Sequence record: SRR2962707_1097 | Length of the DNA stretch: 32,159 nucleotides | Reading direction: 5' to 3' (one strand) | Part shown: in pieces, positions 1-8,185 of the stretch | How the letters are laid out: every line of letters begins with the position of its first letter | Numbering within the stretch: the stretch's first letter is position 1 | Made by a program: the position numbers and the translations under genes | The notes under the pieces: generated by a model | The model's database searches: none | What the model was told of the DNA's origin: nothing | Seen by the model: the letters and a program-made list of their open reading frames with translations, nothing else

Positions 1-543
1 ACAGGTCACGCGGCCCTCTTTCTTGGACCCACCAGTCAGGTGTTCAACGCCGCCCAATGACAGCATTTTCGACCCGTATTCAGAGGTCATTACATGGCCG
101 ATTGCTTCTCCATCCACCCGCACGACGGCGCGTTCGTCGCCAATGTGGCGGTCGGTGTCGATCTTTACCTTGACCCCGCAGTACGAAAATATCCCTTCGG
201 TCACGACGGTGACCATATCAACGCCTTCGACTTCTTGGCTGACGATAAAGGGGGCCGGTTTATAATCTGGATAGGTTGTGCCCGCGCCAACAGCGGTCAC
301 AAAATCGCGCCCGCCTTGGATAACATCGCCGTCCCAATCCTGCGCGTTATTGCCCTGATCCAGAAACGCGACGGCCTTGGCCCCCGATTGGATCACCGTC
401 AGCGGATCAAGGCGCACCAGTTCGCCCGCATGATTGGCATAGCGGTCACAAGCGCCGGATTTGCCTTCGGCGATAAAACACATCACTGGGCAGGCGTCGC
501 AGCGAATTTTCGCAGGCTTAGTGTCGCGCAGATCGTCAGGCAT
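1..543 (-). CDS. hnr: 6-hydroxynicotinate reductase (Fe-S flavoprotein), N-terminal 181 codons; runs off the left edge of the window
   Basis: Not in the ORF track because it has no stop in the window. Hand translation from ATG at 543: MPDDLRDTKPAKIRCDACPVMCFIAEGKSGACDRYANHAGE...VTAVGAGTTYPDYKPAPFIVSQEVEGVDMVTVVTEGIFSYCGVKVKIDTDRHIG...SEYGSKMLSLGGVEHLTGGSKKEGRVTC. The CxxCxxxC...C Fe-S motif and GAGTTYPDYKPAP are characteristic of Hnr. AGGAGG lies upstream and the start overlaps the 3' end of the ndh gene. Confidence 0.9.
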   Translation of the reverse strand, partial: MPDDLRDTKPAKIRCDACPVMCFIAEGKSGACDRYANHAGELVRLDPLTVIQSGAKAVAFLDQGNNAQDWDGDVIQGGRDFVTAVGAGTTYPDYKPAPFIVSQEVEGVDMVTVVTEGIFSYCGVKVKIDTDRHIGDERAVVRVDGEAIGHVMTSEYGSKMLSLGGVEHLTGGSKKEGRVTC

Positions 544-3286
544 GTCCGGCCTCCTGTAGGGCAGCACGCAGGCGCGTGGGGGTTGCGGGGGCGTGGGTCA
601 CTTTTGCGCCCGTGGCGTGGTAGATTGCGTTGAATATCGCAGGGGCTGTCGGGATCAACACATGTTCGCCCAACCCTTTGGCACCGTAGGGGCCATGGGC
701 ATCTGCAATTTCCAGTATCAGGGTCTCAATCGGGGGGATATCGCCAATTGTGGGGATCAGATAGTCGTGCAGGTTCTCGGTGCGGCCGGGGATGTACTCC
801 TCCATCAACGCCATGCCCAGACCTTGGGCGATGCCGCCTTGTACCTGTCCTTCGACCAGCAGGGGGTTGATCGCACGCCCCACGTCATGGGCGGCAACAA
901 AGCGCAACGGTTTGCATAGACCCAAGGCTATATCGACCTCGACCACCACCAGATGCGCGGCATATCCGAATTGCGCATAGGGGATTCCCTGCCCGTTTTC
1001 ATCCAGCGGTTTGATGGGTGGATCATAGGTTTCTTGGGCCATCAGCACATAGCCGTCTGCATTCGGCTCAAGCCGCGATAGATCAAGGGTTTGCGCCTGG
1101 CCCGTGTCGGTTACGGTCACTTTGCCGCCTTCAAGGGTGATTGTTGCATCAGGCCCCACGTTGGCTTGCAGCAGTATTTCGCGGCGTAGCGCCTCGCCCG
1201 CTTTCAGGGCCGCATTGCCGGATACAAAGGTCTGTCGCGATGCGGAGGTTTTGCCCGCGTCCGGCGTAATATCGGTATCAGCACCCAGCACCGTCACCCC
1301 GCCAATCGACACGCCGAGCGCCTTGGCAAATATTTGCGGAATGACTGTGTTAGAGCCTTGGCCAATGTCCATCGCCCCTTGGTGCAACACGACGGTGCCG
1401 TCAGCCCGCACCCCGGCCTTGATCGTTGACGGGTTCGGGAGTGACGTATTCCCGCATCCGTACCACGCGCCGGCAATGCCGACCCCGCGTTTAAAATCAC
1501 TATGGGTCGCATTGAATTCAGCGCATTCCGCTTTGGCCGTTTCCCATGCCGGGCGCAGCGCCTCGAGGCAGGGTTTGATCCCGACACCTTGTTCGAACAC
1601 CTGTCCGCAGACCGTGGGGACATTGTCAGCCAGTGCGTTCTTTAACCGGAAATCCAACGCGTCGATCCCCAGCTTTTCAGCAAGCAGATCAAAGGCAGTT
1701 TCCTGCGCAATCGCTGACTGAGGGACGCCGAAACCGCGAAACGCGCCTGATGGTGGGCAATGCGTATGCATGGCCCGGCTGCGCGCGCGGTAATCGGTGA
1801 TGTGGTAAGGACCAGAGGCATGAACCGGCACACGGTTCGCGACCGTAGGGCCCCAACTGGCGTAAGCGCCAGTATTGAAATCGCCGTCAAACCGTAACCC
1901 GGACAAGGTGCCATCAGCCTTGGCACCGACCTTGATCTTGATCTGGGCGGGGTGGCGTTTGGTGGTCGATTGCATCGTTTCATTGCGTGAATATGTCATG
2001 CGCACAGGTTTGCCGGTTTTCAGCGTGGCTAGGGCAATGAAAGGCTGCAAGGACACATCGATTTTCGACCCAAACCCGCCACCGACTGCGGTCGGGACAA
2101 TGCGGATATCGGCCATCGGCATGTTCATGACAGCCGCCAGTGTTTCACGGTCCATTCCCGGTGCCTGGGTGCAGGCGTGAACATGCAGGCGGCCATCCAC
2201 CATCTCGGCAAATCCTGCCTCGGGTTCGATATAGCCATGTTCGACGAAGCTGGTTTTATAGTTTGCCTCGACAGTAACATCCGCCGTCTCAAGCGCCGCA
2301 TCCGCATCGCCGCATTGTACAAAACCGCCGCACATAATGTTGCCCTTGCGGTCTTCAAACAGCAGCGGCGCGTCGGGCGCGATGGCATCGTCAATGTCGG
2401 ATAGCGTCGTTTGCGGGGTCCATTCGACTGGGAAACTGCCAAGGTCAAGCATCGCCATTGCATCCGCATCCCCCACCACGCAAGCGACCGCTTCGCCGCG
2501 GAAACGAATGTGGTTAACGGCGAACACAGGTTGGTCGATAAAACCCGGAATAACGCCAAATGCGTTCAGGCCCGGCACGTCTTTTGCTGTCAGAACAGTG
2601 TCTACACCGGGGTGATTGGCCTGCCACCCCGCAATATCGCCTAACGTAAAGCTGGCCGATGGATAGGGCGACCGGATCACACGGGCGACCAGCGCACCGG
2701 CGGGGGCGACGTCATCGCCAAATCGCTCGGAGCCGTTCACCTTGGCCAATCCATCAAAACGGCGCGCATTGTGGCCAAGTTCGGTGGGCGCTTGAACCAG
2801 CTGATCGGCGGCATGGGTGCCCACAACGGCGTCGATAATCTTGCGATAACCCGTGCAGCGACACAAAACACCGCCAAGCGCGTCTTGGACCTGCGCATCA
2901 CTGGGCTGGGGCACGTCGCGCAGCAACGCCACGGCCGACATCATCATCCCCGGCGTGCAAATACCGCATTGGGCCGCTTGATGGTGCTGAAAGCTCTCCA
3001 TTAACGCTTGGGCATCCGGATCGGCTTTGACCAACCCGGCGAGCGTTTCTACTTTGCGACCCGTCGCCTGTTGCGTGGCCATCAAGCAGGCGCAAACCGG
3101 CGCACCATCAACCAATACCGTGCACGCCCCGCAATCGCCCGCATTGCACCCGATCTTGACATCTTTGCGGTCCAGCCGTTCGCGCAACGAATGGGAAAGC
3201 CGTTCACCCGGGGTAGGATCGACTTGGACAATTTCACCGTTCAGCATGAACGAAGTGGCCATCGTGGCAGAGGATTTATCCATCAT
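536..3286 (-). CDS. Nicotinate dehydrogenase-like molybdenum hydroxylase; fused 2x[2Fe-2S] small subunit + large/medium molybdopterin subunits (NdhS-L-M fusion)
   Basis: N-terminal GCNAGDCGAC, QCGICTPG and CRCTGY Fe-S motifs. Moco-domain motifs VGGGFGSK, AFRGFG, DIGQG, SASR and AKGLGE. WYGCGNTSLPNP resembles the start of E. barkeri NdhM. Lies between ndhF and hnr. Confidence 0.88.
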   Translation of the reverse strand: MMDKSSATMATSFMLNGEIVQVDPTPGERLSHSLRERLDRKDVKIGCNAGDCGACTVLVDGAPVCACLMATQQATGRKVETLAGLVKADPDAQALMESFQHHQAAQCGICTPGMMMSAVALLRDVPQPSDAQVQDALGGVLCRCTGYRKIIDAVVGTHAADQLVQAPTELGHNARRFDGLAKVNGSERFGDDVAPAGALVARVIRSPYPSASFTLGDIAGWQANHPGVDTVLTAKDVPGLNAFGVIPGFIDQPVFAVNHIRFRGEAVACVVGDADAMAMLDLGSFPVEWTPQTTLSDIDDAIAPDAPLLFEDRKGNIMCGGFVQCGDADAALETADVTVEANYKTSFVEHGYIEPEAGFAEMVDGRLHVHACTQAPGMDRETLAAVMNMPMADIRIVPTAVGGGFGSKIDVSLQPFIALATLKTGKPVRMTYSRNETMQSTTKRHPAQIKIKVGAKADGTLSGLRFDGDFNTGAYASWGPTVANRVPVHASGPYHITDYRARSRAMHTHCPPSGAFRGFGVPQSAIAQETAFDLLAEKLGIDALDFRLKNALADNVPTVCGQVFEQGVGIKPCLEALRPAWETAKAECAEFNATHSDFKRGVGIAGAWYGCGNTSLPNPSTIKAGVRADGTVVLHQGAMDIGQGSNTVIPQIFAKALGVSIGGVTVLGADTDITPDAGKTSASRQTFVSGNAALKAGEALRREILLQANVGPDATITLEGGKVTVTDTGQAQTLDLSRLEPNADGYVLMAQETYDPPIKPLDENGQGIPYAQFGYAAHLVVVEVDIALGLCKPLRFVAAHDVGRAINPLLVEGQVQGGIAQGLGMALMEEYIPGRTENLHDYLIPTIGDIPPIETLILEIADAHGPYGAKGLGEHVLIPTAPAIFNAIYHATGAKVTHAPATPTRLRAALQEAGHA

Positions 3287-4119
3287 GCGTCCCCTTTCAG
3301 GGCAAGGGTAATGGCGCGGCGAATAACCTGTGTTGCCGCCGCTTGGCGATAGTCGGCAGTGGCGCGCACATCCGAAATGGGCGTGAGGCCATGGACCAGA
3401 TCATCAGTGATCGCATGTGTCAGGCCCTTTGCTGGCAAGCCACGCAAAGCAGTTTCCAGCGTCGTTAACCGTTGTGCCACGGGGGATGCCGCGCCAATGG
3501 CAACGCGGATGTCAGCGACGGCACCATCGTTAACCCGCACGACGACCGCCACCATGCAGATCGAGATGACCAGATATTTGCGCGCGCCCAGTTTGACAAA
3601 ACTCCCCTTGGACCCGTCAGGCAGGTCGGGAATATGGATCGCTGTCAGGATTTCATCCGCGGCGCGGTCGGTTTTACGCACCCCTTGCAGGAAATCACAT
3701 AGCGCTATCTCGCGTGTGCCTTGGCCCGAGGTCAGTTGGACCGAGGCATCAAGGGTAAGCAGCGGCGGCACCCCATCGGCAGCGGGCGATGCGTTACACA
3801 GATTGCCCGCAATTGTGCCTGTGTTCTGGATCTGGATCGAACCGACCTCGCGCGCGGCCAGTTTCAGCCCGTCAAATGCAGGGGGTAAATCGGCATTAAT
3901 AATATCGGTCCAAGTGGTCGCCGCTCCGATGCGCCAACCGCTATCTGTTTTGGTCACGCCGCGCAGATCGGCCAGCCGCGAGATATCAACGAGCGTGCCG
4001 TCAAAATGACGGTCGCCTTGGGCCGGAAACCAATCGGTTCCCCCGGCGATGATCGACGCAGGCCCCGCCGCCAAAGCCGTCAGCGCATCCTCAAGGGTGG
4101 TCGCGGTGATATAGCTCAT
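3283..4119 (-). CDS. ndhF: FAD-binding subunit of molybdenum hydroxylase (nicotinate dehydrogenase flavoprotein, CoxM/XdhA-type)
   Basis: AGGTD, IGAATT and IQNTGTIAGNLCNASPAAD motifs. ATGA overlap with the downstream Mo subunit gene. Confidence 0.88.
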   Translation of the reverse strand: MSYITATTLEDALTALAAGPASIIAGGTDWFPAQGDRHFDGTLVDISRLADLRGVTKTDSGWRIGAATTWTDIINADLPPAFDGLKLAAREVGSIQIQNTGTIAGNLCNASPAADGVPPLLTLDASVQLTSGQGTREIALCDFLQGVRKTDRAADEILTAIHIPDLPDGSKGSFVKLGARKYLVISICMVAVVVRVNDGAVADIRVAIGAASPVAQRLTTLETALRGLPAKGLTHAITDDLVHGLTPISDVRATADYRQAAATQVIRRAITLALKGDA

Positions 4120-4148
4120 TGGGGCGTGCTCCTATCTGCCAAAAGTCG

Positions 4149-4189
4149 TTGGTATGCTAATAAGAATTCGATGCGTTGGATTCTGTCAA
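4149..4189 (-). promoter_or_regulatory. Candidate ndhF promoter (-35 TTGACA at 4184-4189 on the minus strand) and imperfect palindrome TTGGTATGCTAA (4149-4160)
   Basis: Perfect TTGACA on the minus strand; the -10 is poorly defined. The 12-bp dyad lies near the expected transcription start. Confidence 0.45.
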
Positions 4190-4206
4190 ATCAATTCGCG
4201 CAGGCG

Positions 4207-5013
4207 CTAGCCGACAAAAGCCTTTTCGACCACAAAAGTGGCGGGCCGGTTGTTGGCACCTTCCTGAAGACCGAACCCTTCGAGCGCCAGCTTTGTATCG
4301 GCAAGCATTTCCATCGACCCGCAGATCATTCCGCGATCGGTTTCCGGGTTGATGGGCGGCACACCGAGATCGTCAAAGATTTTGCCCGACGCCATCAGAT
4401 CGGTCTGGCGCCCCATACGCGGCCAGTCTTCACGTGTCAGCGTGTCGTATAGGGTCAGCCGTTGGGCAAATTCGCCAATCAACGGATCACTTTTAAGCGT
4501 TTCGACCAGTTCGCGCGAATAGGTCAATTCGCCTGCGGTGCGGCAAGTGTGGCACAAAATCAGGTCATCGAATTTCTCGTATGTTTCCGGATCGCGGATG
4601 ATCGACGCGAAAGGTGCGACCCCAGTACCAGTCGCGAACATCCACAGCCGTTTGCCGGGCAATAGCGCGTCATTCACCAAGGTGCCCGTGGGTTTGCGCC
4701 GCATCAGGACCGTATCCCCAACCTGCAATTTTTGCAGATGTTCAGTCAGCGGGCCGTTGGGGACCTTGATCGAATAGAACTCGACTTCTTCATCCCATGA
4801 GGGCGAGGCGATGGAATAAGCCCTGAACACCGGCTTTTCGGCATTAGGTAGCCCGATCATCACAAACTCACCGGATCGAAAGCGAAAGCTGTCAGGGCGT
4901 GTGAGACGAAAACGGAACAGGCTGTCTGTGTAATGCTGCACTTCTGTCACTGTTTGTGCAAAGACGCCCGGAGGTATCGGGAACGGGGTGTCGAGTGTTG
5001 TTGCGATCTCCAT
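4207..5013 (-). CDS. fpr: Ferredoxin/flavodoxin-NADP+ reductase (bacterial FPR)
   Basis: FRSGEFVMIGL, RAYSIAS, ATGTGVAPF and MICGS motifs, with C-terminal EKAFVG. Confidence 0.92.
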   Translation of the reverse strand: MEIATTLDTPFPIPPGVFAQTVTEVQHYTDSLFRFRLTRPDSFRFRSGEFVMIGLPNAEKPVFRAYSIASPSWDEEVEFYSIKVPNGPLTEHLQKLQVGDTVLMRRKPTGTLVNDALLPGKRLWMFATGTGVAPFASIIRDPETYEKFDDLILCHTCRTAGELTYSRELVETLKSDPLIGEFAQRLTLYDTLTREDWPRMGRQTDLMASGKIFDDLGVPPINPETDRGMICGSMEMLADTKLALEGFGLQEGANNRPATFVVEKAFVG

Positions 5014-5041
5014 CGGGATGTCCTTTTTTGCGATTTGTTAT

Positions 5042-5109
5042 ATTGTTTGTATACATATGATTATCTGTCAAGCGTTTCATCTTGATTGGTCTGATTTTTC
5101 TGTTAGCGT
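5042..5109. promoter_or_regulatory. Divergent fpr/ena promoter region: minus-strand TTGACA (5066-5071), TGTATACA palindrome (5048-5055), plus-strand TTGATT-N16-TAGCGT (5082-5109)
   Basis: AT-rich intergenic region. The motifs are read directly from the sequence; their function is inferred. Confidence 0.45.
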
Positions 5110-5143
5110 TCAAATGAAACCCAGCTGATTGAAAGGCGACCCA

Positions 5144-6334
5144 ATGTCCGACACCCCCGCAAAGCTTGTGATCCGCAACATTGGCATGATCCTGTCTGGT
5201 AAGATGGAGGAACCTATCTTTGACGGTGATTGCGTGATCGCAATTGATGGCAAGATCACTGAATGGGGCAAGGAAAAGGACATGGATTGCGAGGGGGCGA
5301 CGACGTTGATCGACGCCCATGGCGCCACGCTTGCCCCCGGTCTGATCGACAGCCACGTGCATCCGGTGGTGGGGGATTACACCCCGCGTCAGCAGCAACT
5401 GGGCTGGATTGATTCGACCCTGCACGGCGGTGTGACCACGCTGATTTCAGCGGGCGAAGTCCACATGCCGGGGCGCCCTAACGATCCGGTTGGCACCGTC
5501 GCAATGGCGATTGCGGCGCAACGCTGGTACGAAAACTTCCGTCCTTCGGGCGTAAAGGTGCACGCGGGTGCCCCCCTGCTGCAACAAGGGCTGGAGGAGC
5601 ATCATTTCAAACAAATGGGCGAAGCCGGTGTGACGCTGATCGGCGAGGTCGGCCTGGGTACCGTCAAAGATGGTAAAACCGCGAACGAGATGGTCGGCTG
5701 GGCGCGCAAATACGGCATGCAAAGCACGATCCATACGGGCGGCCCGTCGATCCCGGGATCGGGTTTGATTGATGCTGATATGGTGTTGGAAACAGGTACA
5801 GATGTGGTTGGCCATATCAATGGCGGGCATACCGCCCTGCCCGACGATCAGATCATCTGCATCTGCGAAGGCTGCCAAGCCGCGCTTGAGATTGTGCATA
5901 ACGGCAATGAACGCGCAGCTTTGCTGACGCTGAACACGGCGCGCGAATTGGGCAAGTTGGACCAACTGATATTAGGCACTGATGGGCCTGCAGGCTCTGG
6001 TGTGCAGCCCTTGGGCATCATGCGAATGGTGGCGTTGCTGTCATCGCTGGGCGATATCCCCGCCGAGATTGCGTTCTGCTTTGCCAATGGCAACACCGCA
6101 CGGCAGCGCAAGCTGGACACCGGATTGATCGAGGCGGGCAAAGCCGCTGATTTCGTGATCATGGATCAGGCGCAACATGCGCCGGGCAAGAACCTGCTGG
6201 AATCAGTACAGCAAGGCAACCTGCCCGGTGTCGGCATGATGGTGATTGATGGCATCGTGCGCAGCCAGCGCAGCCGGAATACACCGCCTGCCACGCGCCT
6301 GCCCGAGTTGGTGAAAGGAACGGTAGGGGCGTAA
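5144..6334 (+). CDS. ena: Enamidase (amidohydrolase; THON to 2-formylglutarate + NH3)
   Basis: Follows the E. barkeri enamidase pattern throughout: IRNIG, DSHVH, GDYTPRQ, LHGGVTT, GEVGLG, HTGG.SIPGS, HINGG, GTD and SRNTPPA. The start is placed at ATG 5144 after the GAAAGG RBS. Adjacent to ndh/hnr. Confidence 0.9.
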   Translation: MSDTPAKLVIRNIGMILSGKMEEPIFDGDCVIAIDGKITEWGKEKDMDCEGATTLIDAHGATLAPGLIDSHVHPVVGDYTPRQQQLGWIDSTLHGGVTTLISAGEVHMPGRPNDPVGTVAMAIAAQRWYENFRPSGVKVHAGAPLLQQGLEEHHFKQMGEAGVTLIGEVGLGTVKDGKTANEMVGWARKYGMQSTIHTGGPSIPGSGLIDADMVLETGTDVVGHINGGHTALPDDQIICICEGCQAALEIVHNGNERAALLTLNTARELGKLDQLILGTDGPAGSGVQPLGIMRMVALLSSLGDIPAEIAFCFANGNTARQRKLDTGLIEAGKAADFVIMDQAQHAPGKNLLESVQQGNLPGVGMMVIDGIVRSQRSRNTPPATRLPELVKGTVGA

Positions 6335-6343
6335 GCGCCCCTA
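6324..6343. terminator. Hairpin TAGGGGCG-TAAG-CGCCCCTA at the convergent ena/couO junction
   Basis: Perfect 8-bp inverted repeat containing both stop codons. No U-tract. Confidence 0.5.
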
Positions 6344-7213
6344 GCTGGCCCCCAACAACCGCATCGCATTTTCCTTGAGGATCAGCGGGCGAACCTCGTC
6401 TTTGATCGCGATTTTTTCGAAATCCGCCAACCAACGTTCGGGCGAGATCATCGGCCAGTCGGACCCGAACAGCATCTTTTTCTTGAGGATCGAATTGGCA
6501 TAGCGCACCAGAATGTCGGGGAAATATTTCGGCGACCAACCGGACATGTCGATATAGACATTGGGCTTGTGCTGCGCGACCGAAAGCGCCTCTTCCTGCC
6601 AAGGAAAGCTGGGATGCGCGAGGATGATTTTCAGGTCGGGGAAATCAACAGCAACATCGTCCATATACATCGGGTTTGAATATTTCAGCCGCATGCCGTT
6701 GCCACCGGGCATGCCCGACCCAACACCGGTTTGTCCGGTGTGAAACAGCGCGATACCGCCTTCTTCGGCGATGGCTTCGTACAGCGGATAGGCGATGCGA
6801 TCATTGGGAAAAAACCCTTGCATCGTTGGGTGAAACTTGAACCCTTTGATGCCGAAATCTTTGATCAGGCGCCGTGCCTCGCGCACCCCCATCTTGCCCT
6901 TCCAAGGGTCGATCGACGCAAAGGGGATCAACACGTCGTCGTTTTCGGCCGCAATCGCTGCGACCTCTTCGTTTTTATAGCGGCGGTATCCTGTCTCGCG
7001 TTCTGCATCGACGGGAAAGATCACGGCCGCGATGTTTTGTTCACGGTAATGCGCAGCGGTTTCTTGTACCGTTGGCGGGTGTTTCCAAGGGGCACCGAAA
7101 TAACTGGCCATGGTTGACTGCAAATCGTCATAGCCGTCGTCAGAGTGACAACCACAGGGTTCTTCGGCGTGTGTGTGGAAATCGATGGCACGAATTTTGT
7201 CAAAGTCGATCAT
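6341..7213 (-). CDS. Amidohydrolase-2 family, CouO/Atu1421-like 4-hydroxyphenyl-beta-ketoacyl-CoA hydrolase
   Basis: AIDFHTHAE, GFKFHP, FHTGQTGVGSGMPGG.G.RLKYSNP, LAHPSFPWQEEA, GWSPKYF and FGSDWP. The start is placed at ATG 7213 with an AGGGAG RBS. Confidence 0.8.
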   Translation of the reverse strand: MIDFDKIRAIDFHTHAEEPCGCHSDDGYDDLQSTMASYFGAPWKHPPTVQETAAHYREQNIAAVIFPVDAERETGYRRYKNEEVAAIAAENDDVLIPFASIDPWKGKMGVREARRLIKDFGIKGFKFHPTMQGFFPNDRIAYPLYEAIAEEGGIALFHTGQTGVGSGMPGGNGMRLKYSNPMYMDDVAVDFPDLKIILAHPSFPWQEEALSVAQHKPNVYIDMSGWSPKYFPDILVRYANSILKKKMLFGSDWPMISPERWLADFEKIAIKDEVRPLILKENAMRLLGAS

Positions 7214-7262
7214 GAAGGTCGCTCCCTGCTTAGGCTTTGTGCAACTTTGGTACAAAATATAT

Positions 7263-7298
7263 TGCTATTCAATAGAACAATTGTTCTATTCACCTAAA
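7263..7298. promoter_or_regulatory. Candidate MarR (CouR/FerC-like) operator TGCTA-N7-GAACA (7263-7279) plus a weaker tandem site; includes the perfect 20-bp palindrome AATAGAACAATTGTTCTATT (7271-7290)
   Basis: Lies in the AT-rich divergent promoter region. Same geometry as the 9774-9790 site. Confidence 0.6.
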
Positions 7299-7324
7299 TT
7301 GAATGTCCCAAGGATAATGCCTCT

Positions 7325-8107
7325 ATGACCCACGCCGTTGCCAACCCCGATGTTCTGAATGTTGACCTGCAGGGTAACATCGCGGTGCTGACCATGACGC
7401 GCCCGGACAAGCGTAATGCGATGAATGATGATTTGCTTGGCGCGCTCAAGGCGTTTTTCATGGACCCGCCCAAGGACGCGCGCGCCGTGGTGCTGACCGG
7501 GACCGCCGGGCATTATTGTTCCGGGCTGGACCTGAGCGAACACGTCAAACGCTCGACCGAGGAAACGCTATACCATTCGCGGGGCTGGCACGCTGTGATG
7601 GACATGATCCAGTTCGGCGGCTTGCCTGTTGTGTCCGCGATCTTTGGCGCTGCGATTGGCGGCGGGCTGGAACTGGCGACATCGACCCATGTGCGGATTG
7701 CTGAACCATCCACGATCTTTCAGCTGCCCGAAGGGCGGCGCGGCATCTTTGTTGGGGGCGGCGCGACCGTCCGTGTGGGGCGTATTCTTGGTGCCGACCG
7801 GATGACCGAAATGATGCTGACAGGCCGCAAGTTTAATTCCGAACAAGGCGTTCAACTGGGACTGGCACATTATGCCGTCGGCGAAGGGGAATCGCTGGCG
7901 ATGGCAATGGATCTGGCGGGCAAGATCGCGCGCAATGCACCGATGTCGAATTATATGATGATCAATTCGATCAGCCGGATCGATGATATGTCAAAGGCGG
8001 ACGGGCTTTATGTCGAAAGCCTGAGCGCGGCGGTGTCGCAATCTGGCCCCGATGCCGACGAAGGGCTGCGCGCGTTCTTGGAAAAGCGGGCCCCGACATT
8101 CCGCTAG
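7325..8107 (+). CDS. Crotonase/enoyl-CoA hydratase, CouA-like hydroxycinnamoyl-CoA hydratase(/lyase) subfamily
   Basis: RPDKRNA, HYCSGLDLSE, HSRGWH, GGGLELA and LPEGRRGIFVGGG; both catalytic Glu present. Context with CouO-like, MarR and DUF3237 genes. Confidence 0.8.
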   Translation: MTHAVANPDVLNVDLQGNIAVLTMTRPDKRNAMNDDLLGALKAFFMDPPKDARAVVLTGTAGHYCSGLDLSEHVKRSTEETLYHSRGWHAVMDMIQFGGLPVVSAIFGAAIGGGLELATSTHVRIAEPSTIFQLPEGRRGIFVGGGATVRVGRILGADRMTEMMLTGRKFNSEQGVQLGLAHYAVGEGESLAMAMDLAGKIARNAPMSNYMMINSISRIDDMSKADGLYVESLSAAVSQSGPDADEGLRAFLEKRAPTFR

Positions 8108-8118
8108 CAAATTACCGA

Positions 8119-8162
8119 AATGTCGCGCAACCTGCGACATTACATAAGCAGCGAAAAGCTGC
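8119..8162 (+). other. Two inverted repeats upstream of the TRAP SBP gene: AATGTCGC-N7-GCGACATT and GCAGC-GAAAA-GCTGC
   Basis: Read directly from the sequence. Could be RNA-stabilising hairpins or an operator. Confidence 0.4.
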
Positions 8163-8185
8163 ATCATCAACTCTGGGAGGAAACG

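Noticed and set aside
23-633. Plus-strand ORFs of 80 and 179 aa from the track
   Set aside because: They are antisense to the real minus-strand hnr frame.
536-4119. Xanthine dehydrogenase or CO dehydrogenase call
   Set aside because: It lacks the CoxL AYxCSFR loop, and the NdhM-like motif plus hnr/ena neighbours favour nicotinate dehydrogenase.
7317-7328. Mini-ORF ATG CCT CTA TGA overlapping the crotonase start by ATGA
   Set aside because: The AAGGA SD is only 2 nt from this ATG but suitably spaced for ATG 7325, so it is probably chance.
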